Shown here: one piece after another, positions 1 to 13,995 of the stretch
Layout: each line of letters begins with the position of its first letter
Numbering within the stretch: position 1 is the first letter of the stretch
Assembly: GCA_951406725.2 (NCBI GenBank)
Contig: OX597822.1
Coordinates: 33,914,001-33,978,000, forward strand
Origin: Octopus vulgaris
Taxonomy: Eukaryota
DNA length: 64,000 nucleotides
Direction: 5' to 3'
The notes under the pieces: model-generated
Told to the model about the DNA's origin: nothing
The model's input: the letters and a program-made list of their open reading frames with translations, nothing else
The model's database searches: none
Position numbers and translations under genes: made by a program

Positions 1-848
1 CGGTTAAGAGTACCTGGGTTGAGACAGTACAGAACCAGCTACCTCTGAGGAACAGAGGCCATTATCGAATCCCGCAGTTAATAATCGCATAAACAAAACA
101 CAGACGTTTAGTATGTGACATCAGTAATGTTTACGTTGCAAAAGCTGTTTTTTTTTTATTTCAAAAGTTATTTTGTTTCACTTGTGCGGCGCAGTTGCAC
201 ATCAGAAGATAGCCTTTTACGATATCTGCAATACACGTCCCAGGCCAGCGATTCGAATTCGTTTCGAGGTGATTCGGGTACGCGATGCTGAAGAGCTGAA
301 ACAACAGCGAAATATCGGTATCCATTGTTCTCGTTCACCTATGGGACGATTCATCTCGTCTGGTTTGAGGTATTCAGAGTTTTTTAACGATCGGCGTCTG
401 AAAGGGACTTTCCTCTGGACGAATCCTGCAGCCAATAAGCGCATAAACGAAACACAGATTAAGTATGTGATATCGATAACAATGATCGTGGTTGTTGAAA
501 AGGTAGAGAGATGACATAGCACGCCTATTGGCCAGCAACTAGAACGTCCTTGGTTGCTAAGAGCTGCGAATCAAATCTTCTCGTAATTAGATCTTAAAGA
601 GGCCCGAGCTTCACCATTGGATTTCACTTAAAGAATACACAATATAGCGGTTCCCCAGCATGGCCACAGCCTTTGGGTTGGAATACTTAAAATAATAAAA
701 GAATATAAAGCCAGTTGGTCTCTGAAAGGTTTCACAGTAACACTTTATGTCTTGTATTGGCAGCAGCGGTAATGGTCTTATTGGATATATGAAGCTAACA
801 AACTGAAATTTACATTACAACAAACAGTTCGATTGATATACATGATAG

Positions 849-941
<93 letters not shown>

Positions 942-958
942 AATAAATAAATAAATAA

Positions 959-1413
959 GCTTATCTTAACTGATTGGGAGTGTTATGTATATTGTTTTGT
1001 CTTGGTATAAAAGATGTCCCTTAGCATGTCCCTTAGTGGCTGACAATATGTGCATCTCTGATCACGGGCAGAAGTAGTGGGGGAGGATCATAGCCATGTG
1101 TTGAGAGGGATTCTTTGGGGTTTGAATATTTCACCTCTGAAAACATGGGTGTTTCGTTCAACATCCTTAAACAACCCTTATTCAGGGACCTTTTGAGCAG
1201 GATGGGTTACTCGACCTGAAGAACATTCTAACTGGGCCCCACCTGCAAGGTCATGTGCTGTTTATCTTGATATGAGATGACCATGTCGCGCACATATGGT
1301 TGTGATGCATGTGCCTAGTGTACCCTTATCAGACGGGTAGTCATGATGGGTATACTGGGCTTCGTATATTTTAACCTAGTGTCACTTTGATGGTATGCAC
1401 TGCTCTCTCACTC
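959..1413 (+). mobile_element. Non-coding retroelement segment inserted in (TAA)n (probable 3' part of an R4/Dong-type element or its SINE)
   Basis: Flanked on both sides by (AAT)n. Its last ~80 bp recur inverted at 41978-42057, again between trinucleotide tracts, which indicates 5'-truncated retroposition. Confidence 0.6.
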
Positions 1414-1490
<77 letters not shown>

Positions 1491-1506
1491 TAATAATAAT
1501 AATAAT

Positions 1507-2918
1507 GGACTCAAGAAGTGCAGAATAATCTACGTAACGGGAGGTAAGGTGCGGTCCCTAGCTGGGATATAATTACCGAAGAGAAACTAGATTACGTATA
1601 GTGAAACGGAAGGATACAAATGCCTCCGTGTACTAGAGTTCAATGAGATAGTGGGAAAGAAAATGAAAGAGTAACTGAGGATGTAGTATTTCCGAAGGCA
1701 GAGGTTGGTGTTGCGCTCAAAATTGACTGGATGGAATAAAATCCAAGCAGTTAATACGTGGACGATAGCATCATTTCGGTACGGAGCGGGAATTATAAAG
1801 TGGAAAAAGAGAGAAATGAAGAAAATGGATACCAAGAGCAGAAGAATGTTGACAGTACACGGAGCCTTCCACCCTAAGAGTGACACCGATAGGTTCTACT
1901 TGTCCAGAAGAAAAGGCGAGAGAGGTTTGATCAGTTACCAGGACTGTATCGAGCAGAGGAAAACAGCCTAGGGTGGTATATAAAAATGCCGTGGTGCCAC
2001 TGTTGAAACATACGAAGAAGGCCGGCGTCATCAAAACTGAAAATTTTGTAACTAAAGGAGATTTTAAACAAGAAATGAACAAAAAAAGAAAAAGAAAAAG
2101 CAAGGAAGGAAAATAAAATGTGCGGTCAGTTTGCAAGAGATGTGAACACCAAGGCATATACAGAGGATGAGGAGGAGTGACAGAAGCACTCATATATGCA
2201 GCTCAGGATCAAGCCTTAAAGACTAATTATATGAAATGCAGAATAGACAGCACTACCGATAGCGATAAATGCAGAATATGTGGTCAGCGAGATGAAACAA
2301 TACGGCATATTGTTAGCGAATGCCTGAAATTGGCACAACGCGAATACAAAGGACGCCATGATACTGTGGCAAGAACGATCCATTGAGAGCTCTGTAGAAA
2401 TCACAGCCTACAAAGAACAAAGACGTGGTATGAGAAAACTCCAGAAGGAGTCACCGAAAATGAGAATTGCAAAATTCTGTGGGATGCAATGATCCATTGT
2501 GATCACCCGACCAGAAATCGAAAACTGGACATTGTTGCGGTGAATAAAAAAGAACCAACATAGCACGCCCCGGTGATAACAGGATCAATATGTGAAAAAA
2601 AGAAGGAAAAATAAACAACTATGACGATTTGAAGTGAGAAATGCAAAGGTTGTGGTCAATGAAGAGAGTAGACGTGATACCAATAGTAATTGGTGCACTT
2701 GGAAGTATCAGCGCTCAACTACCAACTGGAAAAGTCTGGTGCAAATGTGAAGGTAGAACACCTACAAAAAAAAAACCTCAACATTGCTTGGATCTGCAAG
2801 AATTCTTCGCGGGGTTCATGAAGTATGACCAGTAAACAAGTGTCTCCCTAGTCTGCCTGCTGTGGACAGCTAACACTTTCCATCATACCCAGCAAAATAA
2901 GCTGTGAATTTTCATCAC
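1507..2918 (+). mobile_element. 5'-truncated R4/Dong-clade (RLE) non-LTR retrotransposon, degenerate
   Basis: Fragments LRSKLTGWNKIQAVNTW...HPKSDTDRFYLSRRKGERGL (RT C-terminus), CRICGQRDETIRHIVSEC (CCHC knuckle), RHD motif, KILWD and IPIVIGALG (RLE nuclease). Stops and frameshifts present; (AAT)n on both sides. Confidence 0.85.
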
Positions 2919-2986
<68 letters not shown>

Positions 2987-3014
2987 GATGATGAGGAGGA
3001 GGATGAGGATGATG

Positions 3015-3048
<34 letters not shown>

Positions 3049-3067
3049 TGATGATGATGATGAAGAC

Positions 3068-3345
3068 GAAGAGCCAGATTCGATTGTAATAGATATTTTA
3101 TTGGTTGACTGATATTTCGACAGTCAACTTGTCTTTGTCAAGTTCAAAATTAGAAGTTATAAGAATTTGAAATTATAGAAATTTAAACTTAAAGTATGAA
3201 CGAGAGCACATACAGTTGGCTTGTCAACCCTGTTAGTTTCGCTAGACCCCAGTGGTGAACTAAATCCTGGGTCAATGGATACAAAACTGTTTGATTAAAT
3301 ATTCTTCTTTTTCTTTCTTTTTTCTGTCTTTTTCTGTCTTTTTCT
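3068..3345 (-). mobile_element. Penelope-like element 3' remnant with degenerate hammerhead motif
   Basis: Minus strand encodes KEEYLIKQF (GIY-YIG C-terminus-like), then TTGACAA-AGAC-loop-GTC-GAAA-TATCAG-TC (3105-3147) and AATAAA. Confidence 0.45.
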
Positions 3346-3457
3346 TTTTTCTCTCTTTTCCTTTTCGACTCATATAAAATTGAGACTTAAAGACTGATGA
3401 TGTCATTCCGCCAGCGTGTGGGCGCTATTTGCTCTACAGATTTATATGCCTTTATAT

Positions 3458-3754
3458 CACGTGATCACGTGACCGACCAGACCATCAGATGTTGTTACAC
3501 ATCGCTGGTCACGATGCGTTCGCATTGTTTTAGCCTTCGAATGACGCCACCCCGCTGGCTAAGCGAGCAGGCCAACAGAAGAAAGAGTGGGAGAAAGAGT
3601 GGTGAAAGAGTACAGCAGGGATCACCACCCCCTGCCGGAGCATCGTGGAGCTTTGAGGCGTTTTCGCTCAATAAACACTCACACCGCCCGGCCTGGGAAT
3701 CGAAACCGCAATCCTACGACCGCGAGTCCGCTGCCCTTACCACTGGGCCATTGC
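3458..3754 (-). mobile_element. tRNA-derived SINE, family A (tail type 1)
   Basis: Head GCGCAATGGCCCAGTGG...GGTTTCGATTCC with A/B boxes; 10-bp direct repeat GCCTTTATAT at 3448-3457 and 3755-3764. Confidence 0.85.
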
Positions 3755-4314
3755 GCCTTTATATACAGATGTATATAGATTTAGATAGAGAAATATGACT
3801 GCTCCCTCTATTATGTAAGTGTGACGAATTGCCTATTGCTTCATTTTGTTTTCTTAATCAGAATTACCAATCAATGATTAAAGACTAATCGATTGCTAAT
3901 TTCCAAGATGTGACCATTTGTGGATATAACATTCAAATCTTTCGCTAGGTCAACACCGATTCCACTGGACTCTGTAGAATTCCATGCTTGCGGTCAGCCA
4001 GTTACTTTCAGATTATGCCGCTGATTCTCCTGGAAAGTGTATGAGTGTCACAAATCCCGTTTTCTTCTCTACCCTCCTTTTCCCTTCCCTGGGTCCCCTG
4101 AGGTTCATGCTTCTCTAGACACAAGATAATGGGGGGAAAAAGTCATTTCAGTGTAGCTTCCCAAGAGACTTTATAAAATCGTTGCTAATAATGTTCGAAA
4201 ACGGATACAAAGACAATAAACACGCGTGCAGGCTTACACACATACACACACACCTATATATATATATGTATTTATATATGTATATATACATTATATATAT
4301 ACATATACACACAA

Positions 4315-4413
<99 letters not shown>

Positions 4414-4514
4414 TATAGACATACATATATAGATAGATAGATACATACATACATATATATATACACACACATATAGATACATGCATATATATACACTCAC
4501 AAATATATACACGC

Positions 4515-4545
<31 letters not shown>

Positions 4546-6161
4546 CATACATACATACACAAATATATAGATGCATATATATATCCACATACATATATAT
4601 ATATATGCATATATATATATATATACGTACACACACATACATATATGTATATATACACATATGTGTGTGTATAAAGCGTATAAGAATGTGTATGAGCACA
4701 AGTGTGAATCTATGCGGTTGCCAATACCTATGTACTTGCGAATACACACACGTGCTTGTGTGTGTGCGCGTGTGTATTTTGCTGTGTTTATCTGTACGCA
4801 TACCTCAATGCATGTGTTGACAGTTATGTGTACATAATTGCTTAGCTTAAATGTTACGCACCAAACAAACACAACAATATAGTTGCCTTCCTTCCTTTCA
4901 ACATGTGTATGCCAGAAGAGAAACATTACAAATAAAACAAATGAACTAACACAAACAACAGAAATACTATAAAACATATAACTAGTAATAAATAAACAAA
5001 CGAATAAATAAATAAACGTAAATGATTTTTTTTTATTATTATTAAAAAAAGCAATCATCCTTCTAATTTATCTAATGAATTCCTGTGAAAATGACAGTGG
5101 CTTAACGTGACCAAACAGACTCCAGAGAAAGCTATTTCGAAAATTGTTTTTTCCACCATTTTGAATAATAAATTTTCTCTTTCGTTTCACTGATCATTCT
5201 GTATCGTCTGCTAATGGGATTCAGCTTTTATTTGCGCCTATGTTTGCTTCGACAGGAATTAGCTGAAGCATTCGTTTTAGAACTCTGTCAACTTTGGAAT
5301 AATAATGTCTTTGTCTATACTCAAGAACATTTTCGTTGCTTTTGTTGTAAATTTTGATTTTGTTCCTGTTTCTTGTTTGCGGAAGTATCCAAAAGTTATA
5401 ATTTTCGACACAATTTATTTTTAATTGTCTTATTTTTCCTCTAAGAAATTCTTATTAAGGAAAAAGAAGAAAAAATACAAAGGACAGAAGTGCCAAAGAG
5501 CCTGTGGGGTATAATAAGGACAAAAACCCCTACGAAATCTTAACGAAACATTTCAAGCATTATCAAAAGTAAGAATTTTTTAAAAATCGCTTGTTGCTGT
5601 TGATTTTCTAAATAAATTTACAAACAAAAATCAGGATTAAAAAATAACTGTTTGAATGAAAATACGACAATGGAATTTTATTTTATTTAATTATTTATTG
5701 TAGCAATTTTTCAACAACAAAAAAATAATAATGATCACTGAATAATTCAATTGAAAATTGATTCAGTTGAAAAGTTCTGCTATAAACATGGAAAGTTGAA
5801 AGTAAATAATTTACTTTCGTGATCTATTTACGATTAGTTAATTAGTTTTCGAAAGGGAGAAGCACTTACGTTTTTTTAAGGATATAAAACAATTCAGATA
5901 AGCAAAAAGATAATATAACCAAGAAATGAGAATCCAATTCATTCCATTATTAGAAGATTACGAGACAAGATTCCACTGAGTTTACTTTCAGTACAAATTG
6001 AATGAAATATCTTTAAGAGGGGAAGAAAAAAGCGAAAGCCAAAACCAAAAAAAAAAAAAAACTTGATATCTATTTTTGATTACTGGACAATGTTATTAAT
6101 TTTGGAATTAATTATTTGAAAGACAAATCAGGATTTTATACACCCACAAATATTCTCTTAC

Positions 6162-6240
<79 letters not shown>

Positions 6241-6328
6241 CATCCATCTATCTATCTATCTATATACATACATACATACATACATACATACATACATACA
6301 TACATACATACATACATACATACATACA

Positions 6329-6360
<32 letters not shown>

Positions 6361-6683
6361 GAGCACATATTTTCTCCCCATATTTCATGGAAACTCTACG
6401 CGATTACTCGAGGTGTTAAAAGGTAAATCGTATTGGATTATCTTGTATAACTTATATTTAAATATCATTTGAAACCAGTGTTGCCATATCTTGAACGTCA
6501 TTGGTCATACGTCTGCACCATCTAGAGTAAGCAAGGGTTAAACAACAACAGCTAGACAACCAATTTCCACAATTTCAGCTCCCACACCCACCCCTCCTTC
6601 TTTCTGAAAACCAAATTAGATGTCTTCAATTCCATTAACTTAATAATTTCTTCATTAATCGTCTATCTTTTTGTGGAAGTCAG

Positions 6684-6756
<73 letters not shown>

Positions 6757-6924
6757 ATATATATGTGTGTGTATGTATATGTATATGTTTATGTATATAT
6801 GTATGTATGTATGCTAACATAGTCTTTTGTTGTTTGTACATATTTGACAAGAAATGTAAAGAAACTGTAATGCTATATTCAAACTGATATTGTTTCATCT
6901 CGGTGGTAATTATTATTATCATCA

Positions 6925-6997
<73 letters not shown>

Positions 6998-7020
6998 CAT
7001 CATCATTATAATTATTATTA

Positions 7021-7075
<55 letters not shown>

Positions 7076-7319
7076 CAATGTTAATAATATTTATCTTATT
7101 ATTATTATTGTTTTTGTTGTTGTTGTCATTATTATTGTTGTTGTAATTCATTTTTTTGCTATTGTTGAGAACGAGATCTTTGGATTCTTTTGTGACATTC
7201 TTAGCAATAACTACTTTGTATTAAAATCAATTAAAACCAACACTCAGGCACCCATCTCACACGGTTAAGTAATTAGATTTCGAAAAGTAGACGCCGTTCC
7301 TATGTGGGGGCTGGGTTGT

Positions 7320-7443
<124 letters not shown>

Positions 7444-7980
7444 TCAGATAACTTCGATATATTTCGACCAAAGATTGGCTCAAGCACCTGATAGGATTGC
7501 TAAATCCTTTATAAGTCATGTTTCGTGGTATCATATGGCCCATTCGAGTAGGGAGTTCTTGTTGAGTAAGTTGTTTCCAGATATAGGTGGCTTAACTAGT
7601 ATCCCTTGAACAAATTTGTCCAGATTCCGTTCAAAGGTGATGGAACCTTTTACCTCTTTGATCTGTTTTGGAACAGGTCAGGGCCTGTTCAGGAAAAGAA
7701 ATTGTGTTGCAGTGTATTTATGTGTTGAGATCCTGAATTGGTTAGAAGATGTAAGGCCTGTGGTCCTACTCTTCGATGAATTCTGAAACTAATGTCGAGG
7801 TCGTTTGGGCAATGCTGGTGGTATATTCTTCCCATTGTGCAAATGTTGTATCGCTGCTCACGGCGACGGTAGAGAGAATAGAGTTTCAAGGTATGTATGT
7901 AAGGGTAGTCGCAATTTAAAACCAAAAGGCATATGTATTTGAGTAACGATTGCACTTCTGCCTTTTGGTTTATATATATA

Positions 7981-8432
7981 TATATATTACCGTGATCACC
8001 GTGACTGACAAGGTTATCAGATGTTGCTATGCATCGCTGGTCACAATGCTCTTCGGATTGTTTTATGCCTTCAAATGATGCCACCCCGCGAGCAGGCCAA
8101 CAGAAGAAAGAGTGAAAGTAGTGGCGAAAGAGTACAGCAGGGATCGCCACCACCCCCTGCCGGAGACTCGTGGAGCTTTAGGTGTTTTCGTTCAATAAAC
8201 ACTCACAACGCCTGCGAAAACACCTAAAGTTCCACGAGTCTCCGGCAGGGGGTGGTGGCGATCCCTGCTGTACTCTTTCGCCACTACTTTCACTCTTTCT
8301 TCTGTTGGCCTGCTCGCGGGGTGGCATCATTTGGAGACATAAAACAATCCGAAGAGCATTGTGACCAGCGATGTATAGCAACATCTGATAACCTGGGCAG
8401 TCACGGTGATAACGGTAATATATATATATATA
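7981..8432. repeat. Foldback (inverted duplication) of a family A SINE body
   Basis: Arms 7981-8190 and 8215-8432, 24-nt spacer, (TA)n at both ends. Confidence 0.9.
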
Positions 8433-8598
8433 CTGTTGTGTCTTGGGAGAGTCATTTTCTTTTTGTGCGTTATAATGTAATACACGCACCTAAAAACGGA
8501 AATTGTAGGAAAAATAAAGAAAGAAGTGGAAATTTTACCGGTGAGTGTGTTGAATTATAAGGCACAAAAAGAAAATGACTCTCCTCAGACACAACAGA
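8433..8598. repeat. Short foldback next to (TA)n
   Basis: Arms about 8433-8490 and 8540-8598 (ctgttgtgtc...acacgcacc / ggtgagtgtgt...gacacaacag). Confidence 0.8.
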
Positions 8599-8658
8599 AT
8601 ATGCTTCAACACACGAACACCTATAAAGAATCTTGCAAACCAAATCCAAAAACGAAAT

Positions 8659-8713
<55 letters not shown>

Positions 8714-9209
8714 TAGAATAAGTTAAAGACATTGCCTATGGGAATCTTATACATTTTAAGTAGAAATGATTGTCGTCATATTTCTAATTTAAAATACACA
8801 AATTACAAAGCCTCACAGTACATTAAATAAAAATGTAAACGCGTATTTTTCTGCACTTATTAAAATTAATAAATTCTCTGGTTGTTTTTTTTAAATCAAT
8901 AGAATTACGATATAAATATTGGTCTTTTGTAAAACTTTTCTCAAAAATGAGTATTTGCTCCTATCAGATTTATTTTAGGCATATATGTGTATCTTTCTGT
9001 AGTTTCCCGAAATTATTTTGTTTAAGCATATAAGTTAGTAGCCAAATATTTTTTGGATTTGTGAACCGGAAGGGTTTTTTCTTTTTTCTTTTTATATATA
9101 TACAATTACTTTTGAAAGTATGAAGTTCTAGGGTGCTTTTAATATGACGTAAATGAAGACTTCAAAAACGCTAACAATATCTTCTTATTTCTTTAACACG
9201 CTTCTTTAG

Positions 9210-9499
9210 CCGGAGATGACATCACTGAAGCACACGAAGAACACAGATAACGATGATCATAATGATAATAATAATAATAATAACAATAATAATAATAGCA
9301 ATAATAATAACAACAACAACAACAATTGTAATATCGATAACAACGGCATTGGACCTAAACTATTACGACTCTACAGAAAATACTGACTAACGCGTCTTGG
9401 CTGTCCAAGAAATTATATATATATAAAAAAGAAACAAAGAAACAGAAAACTTAAGGACAAAACGTTGGAGCTTATTACTTTTTGGACATAACTTCAAAG
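9210..9499 (+). other. Candidate upstream (5' UTR) exon of TMEM26
   Basis: Pyrimidine-rich acceptor tttctttaacacgcttctttAG (9208-9209) and donor AAG|GTAACT (9500) bracket mostly unique sequence. The first coding exon has an acceptor, so an upstream exon is expected. No transcript evidence. Confidence 0.3.
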
Positions 9500-9554
9500 G
9501 TAACTGTTTTTCTGTTCTTAATTTTCACCTCACAATTGTATATTGTATTATACT

Positions 9555-9618
<64 letters not shown>

Positions 9619-9779
9619 AATACATGCATATATGTGTATATATATATATATATACGTATTGATTATTAATTCAGTGATTTTTTTGAATAAAATTTATTAT
9701 AGTATATTTAAATTTTTCTATTTAATATGGATAATGTATTTCATTATTAAATTGCTCAATAGAGGTTATTTCTCTTAAT

Positions 9780-9823
<44 letters not shown>

Positions 9824-9882
9824 CAATAATAAATCTCTGAACGAGATGTAAACAGTAACTGCACGACAATGTGAGATATACA

Positions 9883-10144
9883 AGCCATCTCAATATGGCT
9901 AGCTAAGGGTGAGTGTTACTGTAGCTTGTAGCCCCAGGAGAACATCGTCTCCAGCTGGCTTTAGGCACACTTTCTATACCTTTATGGTATTTGCAATGGT
10001 ATTCGACGAGAGAGGGATGGCCTCCCTTTGCAAATACCATAAGGGCACAGAAAGTGTACCTAAAGCCAGCAGGAGACGACGTTCTCCTGGGGCTACAAGC
10101 TACAGTAACACTCACCCTTAGTGGTTAGCCATATTGAGATGGCT
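9883..10144. repeat. Foldback inverted repeat between (TA)n tracts
   Basis: Arms 9883-9996 and 10028-10144, high identity; explains the mirror ORFs 9903-/9909+. Confidence 0.9.
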
Positions 10145-10218
10145 ATTATACTTTACATTATACATATATAATTATATATATATATATACATACATATATA
10201 TGTATATATACACGCACG

Positions 10219-10277
<59 letters not shown>

Positions 10278-10506
10278 TTATATATTTTTATAAAATATTT
10301 TTGATCATCAGAATGTTACAAAAGTAATTCAAAGACAGAGTCTTCAGCTTGGCATTTATCAAAGTGGCACGAAAATCTCTGCTCTTGAGATTCTTGCGTA
10401 ATTTTCTCATAATGAAAAACTATAAAAAAAAAGTATATATGCTCATATTTAGAGTTCTATCAACATTATTTGAATGTGTGAATGTGTGTATGTGTATATG
10501 TACGTG

Positions 10507-10588
<82 letters not shown>

Positions 10589-10656
10589 ATTCTGTCTGTC
10601 TGTATGTCTGTCTATCTATCCGTGTCTATTTCTCTACGTATTTCTGTCTCTCTGTG

Positions 10657-10729
<73 letters not shown>

Positions 10730-11028
10730 CTATATATATATATATATATATGCCTTTCTATCTATCAATATGAATGTAAATTAATAACATAACCAAGTAT
10801 ACCGATATTTATGAAGACAAATGTCAATTTAGAAAGTGAGTGGAGAAGCTGTAGGCTTCGAGGTCATCATGTATGTATGTATGTATGTATGTATGTATGT
10901 ATGTATGTATGTATGTATGTATGTATGTATGTATGCATGTATGTATGTATGTATATATGTATGCATGTATGTATATATTTATGTATCTATGTATGTACAT
11001 ACGTACGTATATATGTATGTATTATGTA

Positions 11029-11085
11029 TGATGATAATAATAATGATAATAATAATAATAACAACAACAATAATAATAATAATAA

Positions 11086-11117
<32 letters not shown>

Positions 11118-11141
11118 ATGATGATGATGATGTTGATGATA

Positions 11142-11187
<46 letters not shown>

Positions 11188-11243
11188 CGACGACGATGAT
11201 GACGATGATGACGATGATGATGATGATGATGATGATGATGATA

Positions 11244-11274
<31 letters not shown>

Positions 11275-11324
11275 CGACGATGATGATGACGATGATGATG
11301 ATGATGATGATGATAATGATGATA

Positions 11325-11376
<52 letters not shown>

Positions 11377-11420
11377 CGACGATGATGATGACGATGATGA
11401 TGACGATGATGATGATGATA

Positions 11421-11466
<46 letters not shown>

Positions 11467-11499
11467 CGACGATGATGATGATGATGATGATGATGACGC

Positions 11500-11532
<33 letters not shown>

Positions 11533-11543
11533 GATGATGATAA
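11029..11543. repeat. Compound (AAT)n/(GAT)n/(GAC)n microsatellite, preceded by (ATGT)n
   Basis: Directly visible; source of the poly-D/poly-M/poly-I ORFs. Confidence 0.97.
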
Positions 11544-12331
11544 TAGGTACGAAACTGGAAGTGTATTTTCAGTACTTGATTTGCACGCAACTGCTAAGCC
11601 ATGTTCCAGTGTGGCAGAATAGGTTCATCAAACCAGTATTATCTTGAGCTCAAATTCACGGCCTCCACCTCGGAGAGTTGTTGGTGGTGAGAGCATGCTG
11701 AGGTCTTCGTCCTACAGTGGACTGGACAGGGGCACCTCAATCCAATCCAATCCAGGACTCCATGATGCTGAAGTATGGCTGGGATAGGACGGGGTACGGT
11801 TGGGTCTTGAAAGTAGTCTTCCCTGACCGAATGTGTTTCTATGGAGTGGCACATTTCTGACTGTTATGTAACCTGTACAGGCTTGTAGAAACCGAGTAGT
11901 GGCGGCGGGTGATGAGGAGCACAGTCAAAGGGTTGCTCCAGGTGGCACACACTCAAACTACGCCCTGATTTTTTGATAAATGTTCTTTTAAAATATGGTA
12001 GAGAGCGATTTGTGAGCGACTTATCTGTTGCTACTATTGGAAATATGGTGCAGAAAATAAAGTAAAGTTGCCAGACTTGGATAGCTTGGAATATTCACGC
12101 TAGACATTCTGTGTTTCTGAGTTCGACTCTTGCCATGGTCCATTTTTTTGCATTTTAATCATAATGGGATTCCCATATTAGATACCCCTCGAATGCCCGG
12201 CAATCTGTGTGCTGTCACTGATAGAAAACGAACCAATGATCTCTTGATTAGTTGTCTGGCACACAATCAACACTCAAGTGCACTCTCAAAATCGTTTTTT
12301 TTTTTAATACAGATATTCATAGATTTATACG

Positions 12332-12399
<68 letters not shown>

Positions 12400-12404
<5 letters not shown>

Positions 12405-12776
12405 AGAATTCACAAAAATACAAAGGATGAAGACAGGTGTGTAGACAACAAACAGATGTATTAGTATAACGCTCGGGAAGTGAAAAAATCTTTAACGTTT
12501 CGAGCCTATGCTCTTCCAGAGAAAGGAACACAGAAAGAAACAAGGAGAGAAAATAAAGAATGTGTAGTGGCTAGCGATCTATCATGGCGAATACGGGACA
12601 GAAACACAATAGGAAAAAGCAGAAAGTACAAAAGAAGTTAGAAAGTGTAAAAGAGTTTCGAGGAGTTCAAAAGGTTCAAAAGCTTCAAAAGTTGTGGTGT
12701 ATTGGAGCGATTTTTCATCAACAGAGGAGTCCAGTGTAATCCATAGGCAGGAGAGGTGCAGCTGAAGTGTAGAAAG

Positions 12777-12780
<4 letters not shown>
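12400..12780 (-). mobile_element. PLE-like remnant in (TA)n with degenerate hammerhead
   Basis: Minus strand CTTT-CTCTGGA-A-GAGC-ATAG-GCTC-GAAA-CG-TT-AAAG at 12490-12525; (TA)n on both sides. Confidence 0.6.
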
Positions 12781-12854
<74 letters not shown>

Positions 12855-12865
12855 TAGAATTATAA

Positions 12866-13130
12866 TAAAGGGTGTCTGAAAAGAAACTAAAAAAACCTTC
12901 ATACTAGATATAGCAGTCAAAACTTGACATTAAAACCGCATCAAGTATTCATACAGTACCAGGAGACAAAGAGACAAAATAAACAAGCAAAAATTCATTG
13001 GAACATAATTTTTTGCTAGTATATTTTGTCTCTTTGTCTTCTCTCCCGTTGCTGTATAAATACTTGAAGTGATTTTAGAGACAAGTTTTGACTGCTATAT
13101 CTAGTATGAAGGTATCTTTTAGACACCCTT
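12866..13130. repeat. Foldback inverted repeat next to (TA)n
   Basis: Arms about 12866-12994 and 13007-13130 (ccttcatactagatatagcagtcaaaacttg / caagttttgactgctatatctagtatgaagg). Confidence 0.85.
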
Positions 13131-13224
13131 AATTAAAGTTTTAATAATAATTATTACCTATGAGATTTTTATTCCCATGCTAGCCACTGTATATGATCGG
13201 TATTTTAAATAACGATCTTATCCT

Positions 13225-13290
<66 letters not shown>

Positions 13291-13293
<3 letters not shown>

Positions 13294-13844
13294 CAGATTT
13301 TTATGTTTTATATATATTGTCATGCATATAGTTATATATCTAGACATGCTCATATATATTTAAATGATAAACTTCTGGAAACTTTTACAGATTTTTACAG
13401 TTCCAGTGATGGATTGGATCTGTAGTCTTCGAATTAGCTTTCTCTTTTCTGTTTCTGAGAAGCCTAATTTCTCAAGATTGCTATTTAGGCAGTGTGTTAC
13501 ATATCCCAGAGCCCCAATAATTACAGGTATAAACCTGAACTTGTAATCTTGATAGAGTAACTGTAGATTTCTCAATAGTTCAGCATAACTGTTCCCTTTT
13601 TCACTGCTCTTCAGTTTTATGTTAACATCCACAGGGCAACTAATTTCCACAACTGTGTACAGTTTCTCTTCTCTATCCCAAATCATTATGTCAGGTCTGT
13701 TGTGCTTTTATTGAGGTCTTCACTGGTACATTCCACCAGTATCCTTTTTTATTATGAGTGTATTCAGCTTCTACCATATTGTGGCTTTTTATTATTTTGT
13801 CCTTGGTATTATCCTTCCGACGGATTTCATTATAGAGTGTCTTG
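13291..13844 (-). mobile_element. 3' fragment of a second RLE-type non-LTR retrotransposon family
   Basis: WWNVPVKTSIK/HNRPDIMIWDREEKLYTVVEISCP...K...Y..L...FIPVIIGALG = PD-(D/E)xK RLE domain; bounded by (ATAC)n at its 5' side and (TA)n at its 3' side. Confidence 0.8.
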
Positions 13845-13852
13845 TATGTATG

Positions 13853-13886
<34 letters not shown>

Positions 13887-13964
13887 TGTATGTATGTATG
13901 TATGTATGTATGAATGTATGCATGTATGTATGTATGTATGTATGTATGTATGTATGTATGTATG

Positions 13965-13995
<31 letters not shown>

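Noticed and set aside
287-309. CTGAAGA-GCT-GAAA hammerhead-like string
   Set aside because: No room for stem II and no correctly placed UH or stem I.
173-522. Overlapping 113-aa and 101-aa ORFs
   Set aside because: No recognisable domain or convincing exon structure; left uncalled.
9903-10121. Pair of near-identical ORFs on opposite strands
   Set aside because: A by-product of the inverted repeat.
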